DNA of 64,000 bases from Acidimicrobiales bacterium (GTDB taxonomy: Bacteria; Actinomycetota; Acidimicrobiia; Acidimicrobiales; SHLQ01), in assembly GCA_020629635.1 (NCBI GenBank), contig JAHDCX010000006.1, positions 92,012 through 156,011 on the forward strand, written 5' to 3'. The position numbers and the translations under genes are program-made. This document shows, one piece after another, positions 62,247 to 64,000 of this stretch (position 1 is the first letter of the stretch; the number at the start of each line of letters is the position of its first letter). The notes below the pieces were generated by a model. That model worked only from the letters and a program-made list of their open reading frames with translations. It did no database searches and was not told the DNA's origin.

Positions 62247-63728
62247 TCAGGAGGTGCTCGTGAGCTTGGCGTAGTTTTCGTCGCTCATCGGGAGCCGCTC
62301 GCCGGTGGAGGGGTCGAACAACGATCGTTCGGCCACCGAGAGCGCACCGAGGTAGACGTGGATCGCAAGGCTCGCGGTCTCCGACGCACACCGCACGCCG
62401 TGGATGCGATCGCCCGCGACCTGAAGGACCTCCCCAGCACGGACTTCTCGGGCTTCGTCGAGCACGACGGCTCCCTGCTCGTCGAGCCGATAGAAGTCGT
62501 TCTGCTCGGCGCCGTCATACACCGCAATGGTCGCCGTCATTTGGTGATCATGAGGTGGGACCGTCACGCCCGGCGGGAACCGGCAGTGCCAGATCGACAC
62601 GGTCTCGTCCTCGAACACGATGACGTCATCGTCCGCGAAGTGGGGGATCGACTCGCGAAGCGCTGCGGGGTCGGCGACCGCAGCCTGCAGCCGCGTCGCT
62701 ACTGCCGCAGCCGGATCCGAAGCCGTCGCGGCGGAGCGAAGGTCCTGAACGAGAAGGTCCAGGCCGGGTGAGGTGGCGTCGGGCATCGCGACACCGTAGT
62801 CAGTGGGCGGAGGCGAACCGTCGCTGTAGAAGCGGCCCGGGATGAGCCGTCGTCGTCGGCGAACGATGGAGACTGCAGGCGACTGACGCGAGGGGACGAT
62901 GAGCACCGCGAGCACGACGAGCAGTCCAGCGAGGAGTTGGTTCACGGTGAGGGCCTCGCCGAACCAGGCCCATCCGACGAGGAACATCATCGGCAATTCG
63001 GCTGAGCCGGCGACCGCCGCGCGCGCTGGTCCCACGTTGGGGGCGGACAGCGAATACAGCCATTGGGGACCGATCGCGGTGAGGACCGCGATCCCGAACA
63101 CGAGCAACCATGTGCCGATGTCGGGTGGAATGGTCTCGCTTCGCGATTGCGTGGCCACGATCGGCAGGAGGCCGACGGTCGAGCCAGCCGCGATCGGTGC
63201 AACACGCTCGATTGGCCGGAGCCGAGTGAGACGTTCGGTCAGTACGGCGACGGCAAATCCGAAGGAGAGTGGTGCGGCGAAGGCGACCGCGAGAATCTCC
63301 GCGTTCTGACCGTCAAGGCTGGAGCCGACGGCCACGAGCGACGCTCCGAGGACGACGAGCCCTGCGAGGACGGCACGTCCGGTCGGTCGTTGCCGGAAGA
63401 TCAGCCACGCCAATCCGATCGCGAAGAGCGGATACGACATGTAGATGACACCGGCGGTCGAGACGTCCACGACTTCGACCGCACGGACATAGCTGGCCCA
63501 GCCGAGCCCCATCCCGAGTCCAGCACCAAGCGCCCACAGCGTCGCCGAGCGCCGGTGGGCATCAAATCGGAGCAGGCCCAACAGGAGAACGGTGCCGACC
63601 GCGTTTCGGTAGAAGGACACCGAAACGGCCGACAGCCCAGCGTCGGTGAGCGCCCGGGCGAAGACCGGGACGGAGCCCATCATGACCGAAGAGACGACAA
63701 CGCCAAGCGTTGCCCACGTCGCAGTCAT
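62247..63728 (-). CDS. EamA/DMT-family transporter fused in frame to a C-terminal cysteine-dioxygenase-type cupin domain
   Basis: One uninterrupted ORF (62247..63785; likely start ATG 63728). About 10 TM helices, then RRRRRL linker, then a cupin (WHCRFPPGVTVPPHDHQMTATIAVYDGAE...IHGV). Confidence 0.6.
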   Translation of the reverse strand: MTATWATLGVVVSSVMMGSVPVFARALTDAGLSAVSVSFYRNAVGTVLLLGLLRFDAHRRSATLWALGAGLGMGLGWASYVRAVEVVDVSTAGVIYMSYPLFAIGLAWLIFRQRPTGRAVLAGLVVLGASLVAVGSSLDGQNAEILAVAFAAPLSFGFAVAVLTERLTRLRPIERVAPIAAGSTVGLLPIVATQSRSETIPPDIGTWLLVFGIAVLTAIGPQWLYSLSAPNVGPARAAVAGSAELPMMFLVGWAWFGEALTVNQLLAGLLVVLAVLIVPSRQSPAVSIVRRRRRLIPGRFYSDGSPPPTDYGVAMPDATSPGLDLLVQDLRSAATASDPAAAVATRLQAAVADPAALRESIPHFADDDVIVFEDETVSIWHCRFPPGVTVPPHDHQMTATIAVYDGAEQNDFYRLDEQGAVVLDEAREVRAGEVLQVAGDRIHGVRCASETASLAIHVYLGALSVAERSLFDPSTGERLPMSDENYAKLTSTS

Positions 63729-63868
63729 CGTGGTGTCGCTGCCTGTCGTCGACCCGACGTGATCATCTCGTTGCATGGCCCGCACCAGAGCTCGAAGCGT
63801 CGACTGAACGGTTGTTCAGTTCGGGCAAAGTAGCAGGCGGGAGTTGCCGTGGGAAGACCCGTCTCTCG

Positions 63869-64000
63869 TCAGCTCCGGTCGTCGGTCGCCGTGGTTGCTG
63901 CGAGAACGACCGGCACGAGAGCGGCGCCCGTCAGGGGCCAATGAAAGACGACGAACATCGTGGCGGCGATCGTCGCATGCATCAGCCAGATGAGCACCGA
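63869..64000 (-). CDS. C-terminal fragment of a membrane protein (N-terminus outside the window)
   Basis: Own translation: ...SVLIWLMHATIAATMFVVFHWPLTGAALVPVVLAATTATDDRS, stop at 63869-63871. Confidence 0.3.
   Translation of the reverse strand, partial: SVLIWLMHATIAATMFVVFHWPLTGAALVPVVLAATTATDDRS

Noticed and set aside
1-64000. CRISPR arrays, rRNA genes, intact tRNA genes
   Set aside because: No regularly spaced direct repeats, rRNA-like conserved blocks or complete cloverleafs were seen on either strand. This was a by-eye scan, so small elements could have been missed.

Overview
High-GC (about 65-70% by eye, not computed), gene-dense, actinobacterial-type chromosome segment, possibly Acidimicrobiia-like (inference). 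I can support about 60 CDS. The ORF track also contains many long antisense ORFs that are high-GC artefacts.

Main content:
1. One-carbon / methylamine-demethylation supercluster.
- Corrinoid-dependent methyltransferase operon (non-Pyl MttB-family methyltransferase, RACo-type reductive activator, methyl-THF methyltransferase, small conserved protein, DUF1638, B12-binding corrinoid protein; 1638-7870, minus strand).
- metF-fhs (10046-12689), dimethylglycine/sarcosine-dehydrogenase-like enzyme (27204-29723), etfBA (35265-36988), homocysteine S-methyltransferase (60730-61617).
- Two shared operator-like DNA motifs tie these loci together: a 24-nt GntR-type box (3 copies) and a TTCCACAWTGTGGAA palindrome (2 loci).
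2. clgR-like / clpP1-clpP2 locus with palindromic boxes upstream of clpP.
3. Two GGDEF-EAL proteins.
4. ECF sigma cluster next to a secreted protein with three Cys-bracketed DPDGDGWGWEN repeats.
5. A visibly lower-GC, decayed integrative island (about 38.3-44.8 kb).
- It sits beside an orphan tRNA 3' fragment whose acceptor end was hit by an IS481-family element (15-bp target duplication).
- It carries a TIR-domain protein, a heavily mutated integrase/excisionase pair, a PD-(D/E)xK nuclease-like protein and unknown genes.
6. A six-gene same-strand cluster (45.8-54.9 kb).
- It is built around a 1,682-aa kinase-like / DUF4011 / SF1-helicase / endonuclease-fold protein.
- That gene is translationally coupled to an M48-like metalloprotease and followed by a leaderless astacin fused to an Ada-type Zn module.
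- This is my best candidate for an undescribed system. The TIR island is second.

No rRNA, intact tRNA or CRISPR array was seen. All family calls rest on motif recognition by eye, not on database searches.
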